A DNA stretch of 64,000 nucleotides from NCBI GenBank assembly GCA_018609125.1, contig JABAYF010000024.1, positions 14,722-78,721 on the forward strand. The letters run 5' to 3'. Numbering within the stretch: the first letter of the stretch is position 1; each line of letters starts with the position of its first letter. Under the pieces are notes generated by a model, which saw only the letters and a program-made list of their open reading frames with translations, did not search any database and had not been told where the DNA came from. This DNA is from Candidatus Nanopelagicales bacterium (GTDB lineage Bacteria; Actinomycetota; Actinomycetes; S36-B12). Below, piece after piece: positions 48,680-58,735 of the stretch. Made by a program: the position numbers and the translations under genes.

Positions 48680-49563
48680 GTGATCGACGCCAGGTAGATC
48701 TGCTCAATGGCTGAGCCAAGAGCACTGCTGTATTCCGCATCGGTCATCCCAGCGGAGAGACCCTCGGTCAGAGCACGCGAGAAACTAGCAATCATGTTGT
48801 GATTCTCGGCCAGTAAGTGACAGGCCTCCTCGCGGGAATAGCCACCCGACAGCGCCACAACACGCAGCACCTTCGGATGGTCGATCAGCGGTGCGTAAAA
48901 GTTCGGAACGGTGGGAAGGGTGAGTTTCAACATCACCTGCTGACCCTGTGGAACTGATTCAAGCCCGGTGAGCAAGCGGTCCAGCAGACGTGTCTCAATC
49001 TGAGCCTTATCGGCAGCGTGAATATCTACCTCGGGTTCCAAGATGGGTATGAGGCCGGCATCATTGATCTGTTGTCCCACCGCAAACTGCTGATCAACCA
49101 CGGCAGTAATGCCTTCGTTGTTGAGTTCCTGGATTAACGAGCGCATTTTCGTACCGAAAACACCCTTGGCTTTGGCTCGGGCGAGGAGTTCAGGTAGATC
49201 GGGCATCGGTTTCATGATCTGCACGCCGTTGGCTTGAGCTGCCAAACCCTTGTCGACCTTGACCAGGGGAACAACGCCCTTCACGTTCCACAGATAGTCC
49301 GGGGTGGACCGACCCAGGACATCGCGATCCATCGTCTGTTCGAACAGGATCGCCGCGACGATGCGTGCACCGGTGAAACCGGCATCGGTCATGATCCTTA
49401 CCCGCATGGCATGGATCTGATCGAACATTTCTTCGTCGCCAGAATACTGATCCGGGGTTACACCGTAGAGGGACAGTGCCTTGGGTGTGCTCCCACCACT
49501 TTGGTCAAGCGCCGCCAGAAAACCAGCACCCTGCCCCATCTTGTCGCGCATCTGTTCGTCCAC
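48676..49563 (-). CDS. class I fructose-bisphosphate aldolase (Gram-positive Fda type)
   Basis: GFLAALDQSGGSTPKAL N-terminal signature of bacterial class I FBA. 295 aa. Confidence 0.85.
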   Translation of the reverse strand: MDEQMRDKMGQGAGFLAALDQSGGSTPKALSLYGVTPDQYSGDEEMFDQIHAMRVRIMTDAGFTGARIVAAILFEQTMDRDVLGRSTPDYLWNVKGVVPLVKVDKGLAAQANGVQIMKPMPDLPELLARAKAKGVFGTKMRSLIQELNNEGITAVVDQQFAVGQQINDAGLIPILEPEVDIHAADKAQIETRLLDRLLTGLESVPQGQQVMLKLTLPTVPNFYAPLIDHPKVLRVVALSGGYSREEACHLLAENHNMIASFSRALTEGLSAGMTDAEYSSALGSAIEQIYLASIT

Positions 49564-49620
49564 GTTGATTCCTTTCGCGGCTGCCGCTATTGCTTCGCTG
49601 ACCCTAGATAGGTTGAGCCT

Positions 49621-50802
49621 ATGGTGTCTGCATCTGCCCCGTTAGTCCATCTCAATAATGCCGGCTCAGCGCTGCCCAGCGCACAGACGCTACGGGTTCA
49701 AATTGAACACCTCCAAGCCGAAGCCACGATCGGTGGTTATGAGGCCCACGCGGCTCAAGCAGACGCGATCGGTGGGGTCTCCGCCTCGGTTGCTCAACTG
49801 TTGAACACGACTCCAGAACAGGTGGCCCTTGTTGAATCCGCCACCGTGGGCTGGGATCGCGCCTTGCAGGCGGTTTTCTATAGCGACCCGCCGGCAGCGC
49901 ACCAGCGGATTCTCGTGGCCAGCACCGAATACGCATCAAATGTGTTGCCGTTGATGCAGGTCGCCAACCGCACCGGCGCATCGGTTGAGTTCATTCCAGA
50001 TGGGCCTGATGGTTCAACCAGTCTCGAAGCCCTCAAGGACATGCTGGATGAAAATGTGTGGTTGGTCTCCATCACCCACGCTCCCAGCCACAACGGTGTC
50101 GTCAACGATGTCGTGGGAGTGGGCGATGCCCTCCGGTTTTCCGGCTCATCAGCGTGGTACCTGGTAGACGCATGTCAATCTGTCGGTCAGTTGCCTGTCG
50201 ACTTTGCCCGCATCGGCGCCGACGCCGTTTCGGCCACGGGTCGCAAGTTCTTGCGCGGGCCTCGAGGTACCGGCTTTGTCGCGGTGTCTCATCGTCTCCT
50301 CCACGATGTAGAACCGTTTCCACTGGATCTACATGCGGCCACCTGGACCGGTCGGGACACCTACGAAATCCAACCTACAGCGCGCAGGTTCGAAAGCTGG
50401 GAAACTTCCTACGCTGCGGTGCTCGGTCTCGGCGCCGCGGTGGATCAAGCACTGGACCTCGGTATTGACGTTATCGCTGCGAGCATCAGCGCTCTTGCTG
50501 AACAACTACGCGTTGGGTTGGCCATTATTCCGGGAATTACGGTGCAAGATCGCGGCACACATCAAAGCGGCATCGTGACCATCACCGTGCCCGATCCTGG
50601 TGCAGCGGCTATGGTTGTAGCACTTCGTGAACACGGCATCAATACCAGCCTGTCTACGGCTGACTACGCTCCGATTGATTTCTCCGCCCGTTCCATCACC
50701 GAGCAGGTGCGGTTGAGCCCACACACCTATCTTGACGCAGCAGACATTGATCGCACACTCGCCGTCATCGCCGAACTCGTTGGATCACGGAGTAAAAGCT
50801 AG
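49621..50802 (+). CDS. class V aminotransferase-fold PLP enzyme (cysteine desulfurase-like)
   Basis: 393 aa with SATGRKFLRGPRGTG (PLP-lysine context) and THAPSHNG. Confidence 0.75.
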   Translation: MVSASAPLVHLNNAGSALPSAQTLRVQIEHLQAEATIGGYEAHAAQADAIGGVSASVAQLLNTTPEQVALVESATVGWDRALQAVFYSDPPAAHQRILVASTEYASNVLPLMQVANRTGASVEFIPDGPDGSTSLEALKDMLDENVWLVSITHAPSHNGVVNDVVGVGDALRFSGSSAWYLVDACQSVGQLPVDFARIGADAVSATGRKFLRGPRGTGFVAVSHRLLHDVEPFPLDLHAATWTGRDTYEIQPTARRFESWETSYAAVLGLGAAVDQALDLGIDVIAASISALAEQLRVGLAIIPGITVQDRGTHQSGIVTITVPDPGAAAMVVALREHGINTSLSTADYAPIDFSARSITEQVRLSPHTYLDAADIDRTLAVIAELVGSRSKS

Positions 50803-51500
50803 GCACCAAAAACGTGCTGGCGAATCCAGGCATGCATCGCGATTGCCCCTGCTGCACCGGCATTGATCGACCGCGTGGATCCGAACTGAGAAATCGATAG
50901 TACCGAGGCGCAATGCCTTTGTGCGTGCTCTGATAGTCCAGTGCTCTCCTGACCAAATACGAGCACGCATCGAGCAGGCAGCGCGAAAGTTTCCAATGGC
51001 TGCGACCCGGGCATGTTGTCGATCCCGATCAACGGGATCTGGTGTTCTTCCGCCCACGCCACAAACGCATCAATCGTCTCGTGGTGAAGTACATGCTGGT
51101 ACCTCTCGGTCACCATCGAACCTCGACGGTTCCATCGCCGATGGCCAATGATGTGCACTAGCTCAGCAGTGAAGGCATTAGCGGTGCGCACGACTGACCC
51201 GATGTTCATGTCATGAGAAAAATTTTCAATCGCCACCTGGAAAGAAAAGCGCCGTAGGTCCAGGTCGGCCACGATGGCTTCCATCGACCAGTAGCGGTAC
51301 CGGTCAACCACATTTCGGCGATCTCCGGCGGCCAGCAGTTCTGGATCTAAACGAGGGTCGCCGGCGTGGACCAACGCCCACTCAGCGGGACCACCGGGCC
51401 AGGGTCCAACACCCACCTGAAGGGTCATTTCTGGGCCGATCGGGTCCGTGGCCGCGGCATCTGTCGTTTCGGACCGCTCCGGTGGCCTTGAGTCGCTCAC
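50799..51500 (-). CDS. TrmH/SpoU family RNA 2'-O-methyltransferase
   Basis: SpoU motifs NIGSVVRTANAF, LVFGQESTGLS, and STRSINAGAAGAIAM. Confidence 0.8.
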   Translation of the reverse strand: MSDSRPPERSETTDAAATDPIGPEMTLQVGVGPWPGGPAEWALVHAGDPRLDPELLAAGDRRNVVDRYRYWSMEAIVADLDLRRFSFQVAIENFSHDMNIGSVVRTANAFTAELVHIIGHRRWNRRGSMVTERYQHVLHHETIDAFVAWAEEHQIPLIGIDNMPGSQPLETFALPARCVLVFGQESTGLSEHAQRHCASVLSISQFGSTRSINAGAAGAIAMHAWIRQHVFGA

Positions 51501-51540
51501 AGATCAGCAGCGTACGCACCTAGACTTACTACTTGTGCTG

Positions 51541-52455
51541 ATGGCTGTGGTCAACCTCCTGCGTGGTGTTGCGATCGGAGTGGCCGAGGTAATCCCCGGC
51601 GTGAGTGGTGGCACGATCGCCCTCCTCGTCGGCATCTACCGCCGGCTCATTGACGCCGGTGCCACCGGGGTTGTTGCGCTGCGCCAACTCCTGGGGCTAC
51701 CCGGACAGCAGCGGGGTTGGACGGCGGCCGTCACGACCTCGCGCGATATCTCCTGGTCGCTGGTGCTTCCGGTTGTTCTCGGCATGGGTGCCGCGGTGAT
51801 GGGCGGAGCCAGGGTCATTGAGCCACTACTGGATGACTATCCAGTAGCCATGAGAGCGGTGTTTTTTGGTCTCGTCGCAGCCGGGATTGCTGTTCCGGTC
51901 CGGATCGTGTTGCGTCATGGCCCATGGCGGTCATGGTGGTGGCTGGTGTTCATCGCAGCTGCTGGAATGGCCTTTGCACTGACCGGACTCCCACCGACAA
52001 ACATCAGCGACCCGTCCCTCATTCTGGTCGCGTTAGCCGCCGCCGTTGCGGTATCGGCACTGGTTCTGCCGGGGGTTTCCGGATCATTCTTTTTGCTTTC
52101 AGTCGGCCTCTATGACTCCACCATCGCTGCCGTGAACGATCGCAACTACGCCTACCTAGCCGTTTTTGCCCTCGGTGCTGTGGTGGGCCTAGCCGCGTTC
52201 GTGTCCCTCCTGCGTTGGTTGCTCGATCACCGCCTCGCCATCACGATGGTGGTACTGAGCGGACTCATGCTGGGCTCGTTGCGTGCCCTGTGGCCATGGC
52301 AAGACGATGACCGCAATCTGCAAGCGCCTGATAGCGACCTACTGCTCGCGATCGTGCTCGCAGTGGCCTCTGGCCTCATTGTTGTGGCGCTTATTCGCCT
52401 AGAGCACCGGTTCGGTGCAAGCGAGGAAGACGCCGAACTTAACGACGCGCAGTAG
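51541..52455 (+). CDS. DUF368 family membrane protein
   Basis: Two copies of the PGVSGG(T/S) motif (EVIPGVSGGTIAL and LPGVSGSFFLL). Start trimmed to ATG 51541 to avoid overlap with the TrmH gene. Confidence 0.75.
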   Translation: MAVVNLLRGVAIGVAEVIPGVSGGTIALLVGIYRRLIDAGATGVVALRQLLGLPGQQRGWTAAVTTSRDISWSLVLPVVLGMGAAVMGGARVIEPLLDDYPVAMRAVFFGLVAAGIAVPVRIVLRHGPWRSWWWLVFIAAAGMAFALTGLPPTNISDPSLILVALAAAVAVSALVLPGVSGSFFLLSVGLYDSTIAAVNDRNYAYLAVFALGAVVGLAAFVSLLRWLLDHRLAITMVVLSGLMLGSLRALWPWQDDDRNLQAPDSDLLLAIVLAVASGLIVVALIRLEHRFGASEEDAELNDAQ

Positions 52456-52458
52456 TTG

Positions 52459-53538
52459 CTAACCCACCACGTCCGCGCACGCGGCAGGGCGTAGCGGCTC
52501 GGGAAGATCGCTTCCATCAGCACAGGCTTCATTGCGGCTCACTCGGTTCCAATCCGTACCGTCGGCGGTAAAGATAAATTGATCAAGAACGATCTGATCT
52601 GGCTGTTCGCCAATCTGGGCGATCGCCACGGCCCATCCGCCGACGCAAATGAAGTCCTGGAGACCCTGCACCGGCGTGGCACCCGAGTCTCTGGAATCCT
52701 CAACGGCTTTGGTTAGCACGTCACGGCCGCACACTGCTTGATCTACCGGTGTGGGGGTGGGTGTCGGTGTGGGTGTGGGTGTGGGTGAGGTGCCCACGGT
52801 AATCACCACGGTGGATCCCACCGCAGCTTCAGCACCGGCTTCGGGGGACTGACTCAGCACCACACCAACCTGGTCGCTGGTTTGTTCCTGCTCTTGAATC
52901 TTAAAACCTTCATTACGTAGCGCCGCTTTCGCTTCGGCCGTGGTCAGGCCCACCACATCAGCCACGCCAACGCGGCCACTGGATACGCGTAAATCAACAG
53001 TCGTACCGGCGTCTACCTGCTCTCCGGCCGGAATGCTCTGTGCCACCACTTGCCCGGCCGCCTCGCTTGACGATGTCTGGGTAATTTCCCCAACCCTCAA
53101 TCCAACCGTAATCAAAGCGTTGACCGCATCGGTCTCATTGAATGACTGCAGGTCGGGCACGATGGGATTGGCATCTCCGCTGACCACCAAGTTGATCCGG
53201 CTGCCCGGCGCCAGCGAGGTTGCCGCCGGCGGGTTCTGCTCCAGCACCAGCCCGTTGTCTAACTCAGAGGGTTGCAGAGTGATCTCGCCCACCTGCAGGC
53301 CAGCGCCTTCAATCGTGGTGGTTGCCCGTTCGATAGTGAATCCAATAACGCTCGGGGATTCAATAGATCCTGCCCTGTCCTCAGAATCACCGCGCATGAC
53401 CAGCCAGGTCAAGCCAGCGGCCAAGAGTCCTACCACCACAACGATAATCACCCAGCCGTAAGTCGGCAGTGGACTGCGATGACCTTCGGTGTCGGGCAAT
53501 TCCGTTTGGGGGTTGGGGACGGGCGGTGTTGTCGTCAT
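52459..53538 (-). CDS. membrane-anchored PASTA-repeat protein without kinase or transpeptidase domain
   Basis: Short N-terminal tail, one TM helix, three PASTA-like repeats of about 65 aa, a (PT)n linker, then a C-terminal domain of about 95 aa with four Cys. Confidence 0.8.
   Translation of the reverse strand: MTTTPPVPNPQTELPDTEGHRSPLPTYGWVIIVVVVGLLAAGLTWLVMRGDSEDRAGSIESPSVIGFTIERATTTIEGAGLQVGEITLQPSELDNGLVLEQNPPAATSLAPGSRINLVVSGDANPIVPDLQSFNETDAVNALITVGLRVGEITQTSSSEAAGQVVAQSIPAGEQVDAGTTVDLRVSSGRVGVADVVGLTTAEAKAALRNEGFKIQEQEQTSDQVGVVLSQSPEAGAEAAVGSTVVITVGTSPTPTPTPTPTPTPVDQAVCGRDVLTKAVEDSRDSGATPVQGLQDFICVGGWAVAIAQIGEQPDQIVLDQFIFTADGTDWNRVSRNEACADGSDLPEPLRPAACADVVG
52747..52785. repeat. imperfect hexanucleotide microsatellite encoding a 13-residue alternating Pro-Thr run (PTPT...P)
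   Basis: Minus strand reads CCC ACA CCC ACA CCC ACA CCG ACA CCC ACC CCC ACA CCG, in frame inside the PASTA gene. Confidence 0.9.
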
Positions 53539-53616
53539 AACACCACTCTATATATTCCGCCCAGGTGCATCGTGACCTACCCAGGCGTCTGCGCACACCG
53601 TCGTGCAGAAATGCGC

Positions 53617-54165
53617 CTAAAGATCCAGATCAGCCAACGAGTATGCGGCGCGGTAGGTGAACCCTGCCGCCTCAACTGCCTCTCGCGCGCCCCGATCAAC
53701 TATCACCGCCACCCCTACCGTGCGCGCCCCGCTGGCATCTAGCGCTTCCACCGCGGCCAGTACAGACGATCCGGTGGTTGAGGTGTCCTCAACAGCCAAC
53801 ACATCGCGGCCAGCGGTAGAGGGCCCTTCAATTTGTTGTTGCAATCCGTGGGCTTTTCCTGATTTTCGGACAACGAAAGCGTCCAAAGCTTGGCCCTGAG
53901 CAGCCCGTGCATGCAGCATTGCCGTTGCTACCGGATCTGCACCGAGGGTGAGGCCACCCACGGCTGCGTAGGACCAGTCAGCAGTAAGTTCATTCATCAC
54001 ACGACCCACGAGCGGTGCCGCTGTGGCATCGAGAGTGACGCGGCGCAGGTCTACGTAATAGTCAGCCTCGCGGCCACTCGATAGCGTTACTCGCCCATGG
54101 ACGACCGCCTTGTCCAGAATCTGCTGCCGGAGTGCGAACCAGTCAGGTGAGTGAGTAGCCGTCAT
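53617..54165 (-). CDS. pyrE: orotate phosphoribosyltransferase
   Basis: PRPP-binding motif VLAVEDTSTTGSS. 182 aa. Confidence 0.9.
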   Translation of the reverse strand: MTATHSPDWFALRQQILDKAVVHGRVTLSSGREADYYVDLRRVTLDATAAPLVGRVMNELTADWSYAAVGGLTLGADPVATAMLHARAAQGQALDAFVVRKSGKAHGLQQQIEGPSTAGRDVLAVEDTSTTGSSVLAAVEALDASGARTVGVAVIVDRGAREAVEAAGFTYRAAYSLADLDL

Positions 54166-54206
54166 GCCTTGAACCTTAGGGGGTGGGTTGTCGGTAGCGT
54201 TGTGGT

Positions 54207-54665
54207 GTGGCTGTTGACCTCACCGTGGTGTTCACCTCGGCACAACCAGGAGGATTCACCACGGCAGAACAACCTCCTTCGCCATCATCAGGTTCGGTCA
54301 CGACCTACGCCGTTGAGGCATATCCACTCGATGATGCTTGGGTCGCACGCACTGCCATCGACGTTCAGGCACACTGCGCCGCTCATAGTGAATACCTGCT
54401 GGTGTTCCACGGTGCAGGCGCCGCACAAGCGCCCCACCTGGGGTTCGCCATGCGTGCGGCGCGACGACGCGTCAGCGGGTATGTGTTTATTGATCCGCAA
54501 TTACCTACCCCGGGGGCGGTCAGCGACTGGCCCGATGCCCCGGTCACGGTGGTGCTCACCCATGATGTGGAACCTGGCCTAGCCAGTGCAGCCACCCTGC
54601 GGGGTTGGACGGTGCGCCGCGGTGAGGCGACAGCCGCGATTCGCGAAATTATCGACCGGCCATAA
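54207..54665 (+). CDS. hypothetical protein
   Basis: 152-aa ORF with coding-like codon pattern, GTG start and no recognised motif. The 3' end overlaps the convergent SDR gene by 17 nt. Confidence 0.45.
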   Translation: MAVDLTVVFTSAQPGGFTTAEQPPSPSSGSVTTYAVEAYPLDDAWVARTAIDVQAHCAAHSEYLLVFHGAGAAQAPHLGFAMRAARRRVSGYVFIDPQLPTPGAVSDWPDAPVTVVLTHDVEPGLASAATLRGWTVRRGEATAAIREIIDRP

Positions 54666-55398
54666 CTCGTCGGGTGATCGCGTTGGGTAGGACGCGCGCA
54701 GCGAAGCCAAGCCCCTTGTACAAGCGGCCTGCCACACTCCACACGCGACCGCTGCGTGCATCCTTAAGCGCTTCTGAGACAACCTGTTCGGGAGTAAGCC
54801 ACATCCACGAGGGGACCTTCGACATGTTCATGCCGGCACGTTGGTGAAACTGCGTTCGGGTGTAGCCCGGGCACACGGCAATCACGTGCACTCCCTGCGG
54901 CTCCACCTTGGCGTGCAGGCTTTCGCTGAAAACAGTGGTCCATGCTTTCGCCGCCGAATATGTGCCACCGGGTAGCCAACCGGCAATGCTGCTGACGTTG
55001 ATGATGGCACCGGTACCTCGATTCAACATGACGGGTAACACTGCATGACTCAGCCGCATTACCGCAGTCACCATGACGTCGATCATTAACTGCTCTTCAG
55101 CAACCGACGATGTAGCGAATTCCTCGCGCACACCGAGACCGGCGTTGTTCACGCAAATATCAATCGGCCGTTCAGCATCGGCGAGTCGCGCAGCAACTGC
55201 GTTTAACTGATCGGGATCAGCCAGATCAGCAGCAAGAATTTCGGCCTCCACACCCTGGCCGCGCACCTGTTGGGCAATTTTGGCTAACGCGACCGTGTCT
55301 CTGGCCACCAACACGATGTTGTGACCCTGGCGGGCAAGTTCTTCAGCAAACGCGCTTCCGATACCCGAGGTCGCTCCGGTGATGAGTGCGGTGGCCAT
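54649..55398 (-). CDS. SDR family oxidoreductase
   Basis: TGATSGIGSA cofactor motif, NNAG, and catalytic YSAAK. Confidence 0.9.
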   Translation of the reverse strand: MATALITGATSGIGSAFAEELARQGHNIVLVARDTVALAKIAQQVRGQGVEAEILAADLADPDQLNAVAARLADAERPIDICVNNAGLGVREEFATSSVAEEQLMIDVMVTAVMRLSHAVLPVMLNRGTGAIINVSSIAGWLPGGTYSAAKAWTTVFSESLHAKVEPQGVHVIAVCPGYTRTQFHQRAGMNMSKVPSWMWLTPEQVVSEALKDARSGRVWSVAGRLYKGLGFAARVLPNAITRRVMAGR

Positions 55399-55515
55399 GT
55401 GATCCCCTTCGAAATGGTGGTGCCAGCGCGACTCTTCGGGCCATGTCCTACCTTACGCGGCGGTTTTTGGCCGCCCAACCCTTGATCCGCACCTGAAACG
55501 ACTTACTGTGTGCCT

Positions 55516-56430
55516 ATGAAACATCGGTTTGTAACCCTTGCCGCGGCCACTGCCGCCTGCATCGGGTTGACCCTAGCCTTAGTTCCGGGCATCTCAACGG
55601 CCCAGGACGCCTCCCTCCAACCCACAGTCATTGACGGCGTCACCGGACCCGATGAACGTTTCACTTCTCTGGTTGTTGTGGGCGGCAAGAACACCTACCA
55701 ACGTGATGGGCTGTACGAAGCAGCGTTTTGCGGGGGAACCAAAGTGTCCGCACGTCGCATCATTACCGCTGCACACTGCGTGATCGACGACAATGGTCGG
55801 CCACTTCCTGCCGGAAAAATCATCGTTGGCAGCACACCGTCAGGTGAACTCGATGCCACGGATGCGGTGGTGATCAACGTGCGATCGGTAAAGATCCACC
55901 CGCAATACAACGACGATCGGGCAACGAATGACATTGCTGTGCTCACCCTGCGAACGACCCTGAGGGGAATCCCCAATGTGACCATTGCTCTGCCTGCAGA
56001 CGATGAGTCGCTGCTCGCGCCCGGCGAGCCCCTGATTTCGGCCGGCTGGGGGGCACTGCGTCGCGATGGCACCGATTACCCCAATGAGTACCGCGTGGCC
56101 GACGTCGTTGCTTTCCCGCGTGGCTCCTGCGGACGAAACGCGGCCTACACAGTTGCCGACGTTACGTTCCGCGGCTATCCATCCTCACAGGCCAACCCCA
56201 GGGTCATGGTCTGCGCAAGCGGGGTAAGCCAGGACAGCATCGTTGACACCTGCAACGGTGACTCGGGCGGCCCGCTTCTGGGTGGAACTGCAGAAAACCA
56301 ACGTCTCGTTGGTGTGGTGAGCTGGGGGCCACCAAGATGCGCCAGTAAACGTCCGGGCGTGTACACCCGCGTCTCAGCCATGACCGACTTTCTGGCCGAT
56401 ACCGGGGTTCCGATTCCACCAATTGGCTAG
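55516..56430 (+). CDS. secreted trypsin-like (S1 family) serine protease
   Basis: Signal peptide and catalytic triad contexts TAAHC, NDIAVL, GDSGGPL. Start could be GTG 55510 or ATG 55516. Confidence 0.85.
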   Translation: MKHRFVTLAAATAACIGLTLALVPGISTAQDASLQPTVIDGVTGPDERFTSLVVVGGKNTYQRDGLYEAAFCGGTKVSARRIITAAHCVIDDNGRPLPAGKIIVGSTPSGELDATDAVVINVRSVKIHPQYNDDRATNDIAVLTLRTTLRGIPNVTIALPADDESLLAPGEPLISAGWGALRRDGTDYPNEYRVADVVAFPRGSCGRNAAYTVADVTFRGYPSSQANPRVMVCASGVSQDSIVDTCNGDSGGPLLGGTAENQRLVGVVSWGPPRCASKRPGVYTRVSAMTDFLADTGVPIPPIG

Positions 56431-56474
56431 GTACACCCCACACTCCTCGCCGTGGGGGTTTAGTGTGCTCACTC

Positions 56475-57443
56475 ATGCGCGCAGCAATTTATTCTCAACA
56501 TGGCCCGTCCTCTGTGATGACGGTGCTCGAGGTCACCACCCCGGGTCCTGGCCCCGGTGAAGTTCGGGTGCGGCTGGAAACCGCGGGGGTGAATCCCACC
56601 GACTTCAAGGTGCGTAGTGCCGGGCCAAGTATCCCCTTTGATTTTCAAGTGCCCTGCCACGATGGCGCAGGTGTCGTAGAGGCGGTCGGTCCCGGGGTCG
56701 ACCCATCCCGCATTGGCGAACGCGTGTGGGTCTATCTGGCTGCGCACCAGCGCCAGTGGGGCACCGCTGCTCAGTACACCGTTGTCCCCGCCCGCCAGGC
56801 TGTACCCCTGCCGGAAGGAATCTCCAACGAGCAGGCCGCCGGGCTTGGGGTGCCCTATTTGACCGCCCACGCCTGTCTTTTTGACGGCGGAAAAATTGAC
56901 GGCGCCACGGTGCTCGTTGCCGGTGGAGCAGGAGCGGTAGGTCACGCCGCAATTGAATTAGCTGTGCGAGCTGGCGCACATGTGATCGCGACGGTGAGCT
57001 CTGCCGCCAAGGCCGCCATTGCCAAAGCAGCCGGTGCGCACGTGGTGGTCAACTACACAGATGCTGATGCAGCCGCGCAAATCCGCGCTGCGGCACGTGC
57101 CGGCGTTGATCGCATCATTGAGGTCGCACTGGGTGCGAACCTGTCCCTAGACCTCGATGTCATTGCGCCGCACGGCACCATCGTCACCTACGCTTCTGAG
57201 GCCACCGATCCAGTCTTACCCACACGAGCACTAATGAACCTCAACGTCACCGTGCGCTACGTGATCCTCTACGGATTCACCCCTGCCATGCTCGCGGCCG
57301 GGGTCGCCGATATCACCGAAGCACTCACCGGAGGCGCATTAAGTGCACTTCCTCTGCATCGGTTCACCCTCGAGCAAGCTGCAGCGGCTTTTGACGCCGT
57401 CGAAGCCAATACAGTGGGTAAGGTCATTCTCGACATCGAGTGA
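56475..57443 (+). CDS. zinc-independent MDR family NADPH:quinone reductase
   Basis: GVNPTDF, AGGAGAVGHAAIELA cofactor motif. Start ATG 56475 (track ORF begins at GTG 56463). Confidence 0.8.
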   Translation: MRAAIYSQHGPSSVMTVLEVTTPGPGPGEVRVRLETAGVNPTDFKVRSAGPSIPFDFQVPCHDGAGVVEAVGPGVDPSRIGERVWVYLAAHQRQWGTAAQYTVVPARQAVPLPEGISNEQAAGLGVPYLTAHACLFDGGKIDGATVLVAGGAGAVGHAAIELAVRAGAHVIATVSSAAKAAIAKAAGAHVVVNYTDADAAAQIRAAARAGVDRIIEVALGANLSLDLDVIAPHGTIVTYASEATDPVLPTRALMNLNVTVRYVILYGFTPAMLAAGVADITEALTGGALSALPLHRFTLEQAAAAFDAVEANTVGKVILDIE

Positions 57444-57502
57444 CCAACGCTGCCCGCGCGATCTGACTTAACACCGCTAACACGGCCTGGCAGGATGGGT
57501 CT

Positions 57503-58735
57503 GTGAAGACGATTAGCGTCGAGCAACTTAAGGGTATTTTGGCTGACCTTCCGCCGAATCCAAGGATCATTGCGTCGGGTAATTTTGCTGCACCCACCAA
57601 CGTATTGAACGTGATTGACGAACAGGTCGCTGAGTTTCGTCTCAACATGCTCAATGCACAGCCGGGCGTGCCAGACCGCCCGGGTATCACTCACGAAACA
57701 ATTTTCGTCGGTCCCGGAGTCCGAAATAGTGAACGCCTGCGGTACTTTCCGTGTCGACTCAGCCTGGCCCCCATTATGTTTCGTCATGAGTTTCGCCCGG
57801 ATGTGGTGGTTCTTCACACCTCGAGTCCGCGCTATGACACGGTCAGTCTCGGTATCGAAGTGAACGTACTTCCCGCAGCGATTGAAGCAGCCCGCGAATT
57901 CGGTGCCTTAGTGATCGCACAGGCCAATTCACAGATGCCCTACACCTACGGTGACGCCCAGATCTATGCTCACGAAATTGACTATCTTGTTGAAGTTGAT
58001 GAGCCCGTTGCCAACCACACACCGATGCCGATTGAAGGTGTCGCTGCCGCGATTGGCGAGCGCATCGCCCACATGGTTGCTGATGGCTCCACGATGCAAT
58101 TGGGCATCGGAGCTGTCCCTGATGCGGTCCTGACCCAACTCACCAAACATCAGGGGCTGCGCGTGTGGACCGAGATGTTCTCTGATGGAGTCCTTGCTCT
58201 CCATCAGCAGGGTTGTCTAGACCCAGACGTTCCACTCACCGCATCTTTTCTCTTTGGTAGTCAGAAACTTTATGACTTTGTTCACCTCAATCGCCGTGTG
58301 CGCATGTTACGCACGGAAAGCACTAATGATCCTGGGCGTATTGCACGTCAACGTCAGATGACAAGTGTGAACGGCGCCCTAGAGGTGGACCTCTTTGATC
58401 AAGCGAATGCATCTCGAATGAAAGGCAAGATCTATTCAGGTTTCGGTGGATCTGTCGACTTCATTGAAGGCGCGCTCCATTCGCGCGGGGGTGCCGCCTA
58501 TATCGCCCTCCCGTCGTGGAACGCCAAAGCCAATGTGTCAACGATCGTGGAGCGCATTGATGAGCCGGTGACGTCATTTCAACACAGTGCAGTAGTTACC
58601 GAACATGGCTGCGCCCACGCCTTCGGTCGAAGCCAGGAAGAGCAGGTACACGACATCATCAATAAGGCCGCGCACCCCAACGCGCGGGAATCTTTATGGG
58701 AATCAGCCCAGCGCCTGAGGTTGGCGACACCGTGA
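57503..58735 (+). CDS. acetyl-CoA hydrolase/transferase family protein
   Basis: 410 aa with a pattern typical of the CoA-transferase family I C-terminal domain (GSGGSVDF-like GFGGSVDFIEGA). Confidence 0.7.
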   Translation: MKTISVEQLKGILADLPPNPRIIASGNFAAPTNVLNVIDEQVAEFRLNMLNAQPGVPDRPGITHETIFVGPGVRNSERLRYFPCRLSLAPIMFRHEFRPDVVVLHTSSPRYDTVSLGIEVNVLPAAIEAAREFGALVIAQANSQMPYTYGDAQIYAHEIDYLVEVDEPVANHTPMPIEGVAAAIGERIAHMVADGSTMQLGIGAVPDAVLTQLTKHQGLRVWTEMFSDGVLALHQQGCLDPDVPLTASFLFGSQKLYDFVHLNRRVRMLRTESTNDPGRIARQRQMTSVNGALEVDLFDQANASRMKGKIYSGFGGSVDFIEGALHSRGGAAYIALPSWNAKANVSTIVERIDEPVTSFQHSAVVTEHGCAHAFGRSQEEQVHDIINKAAHPNARESLWESAQRLRLATP

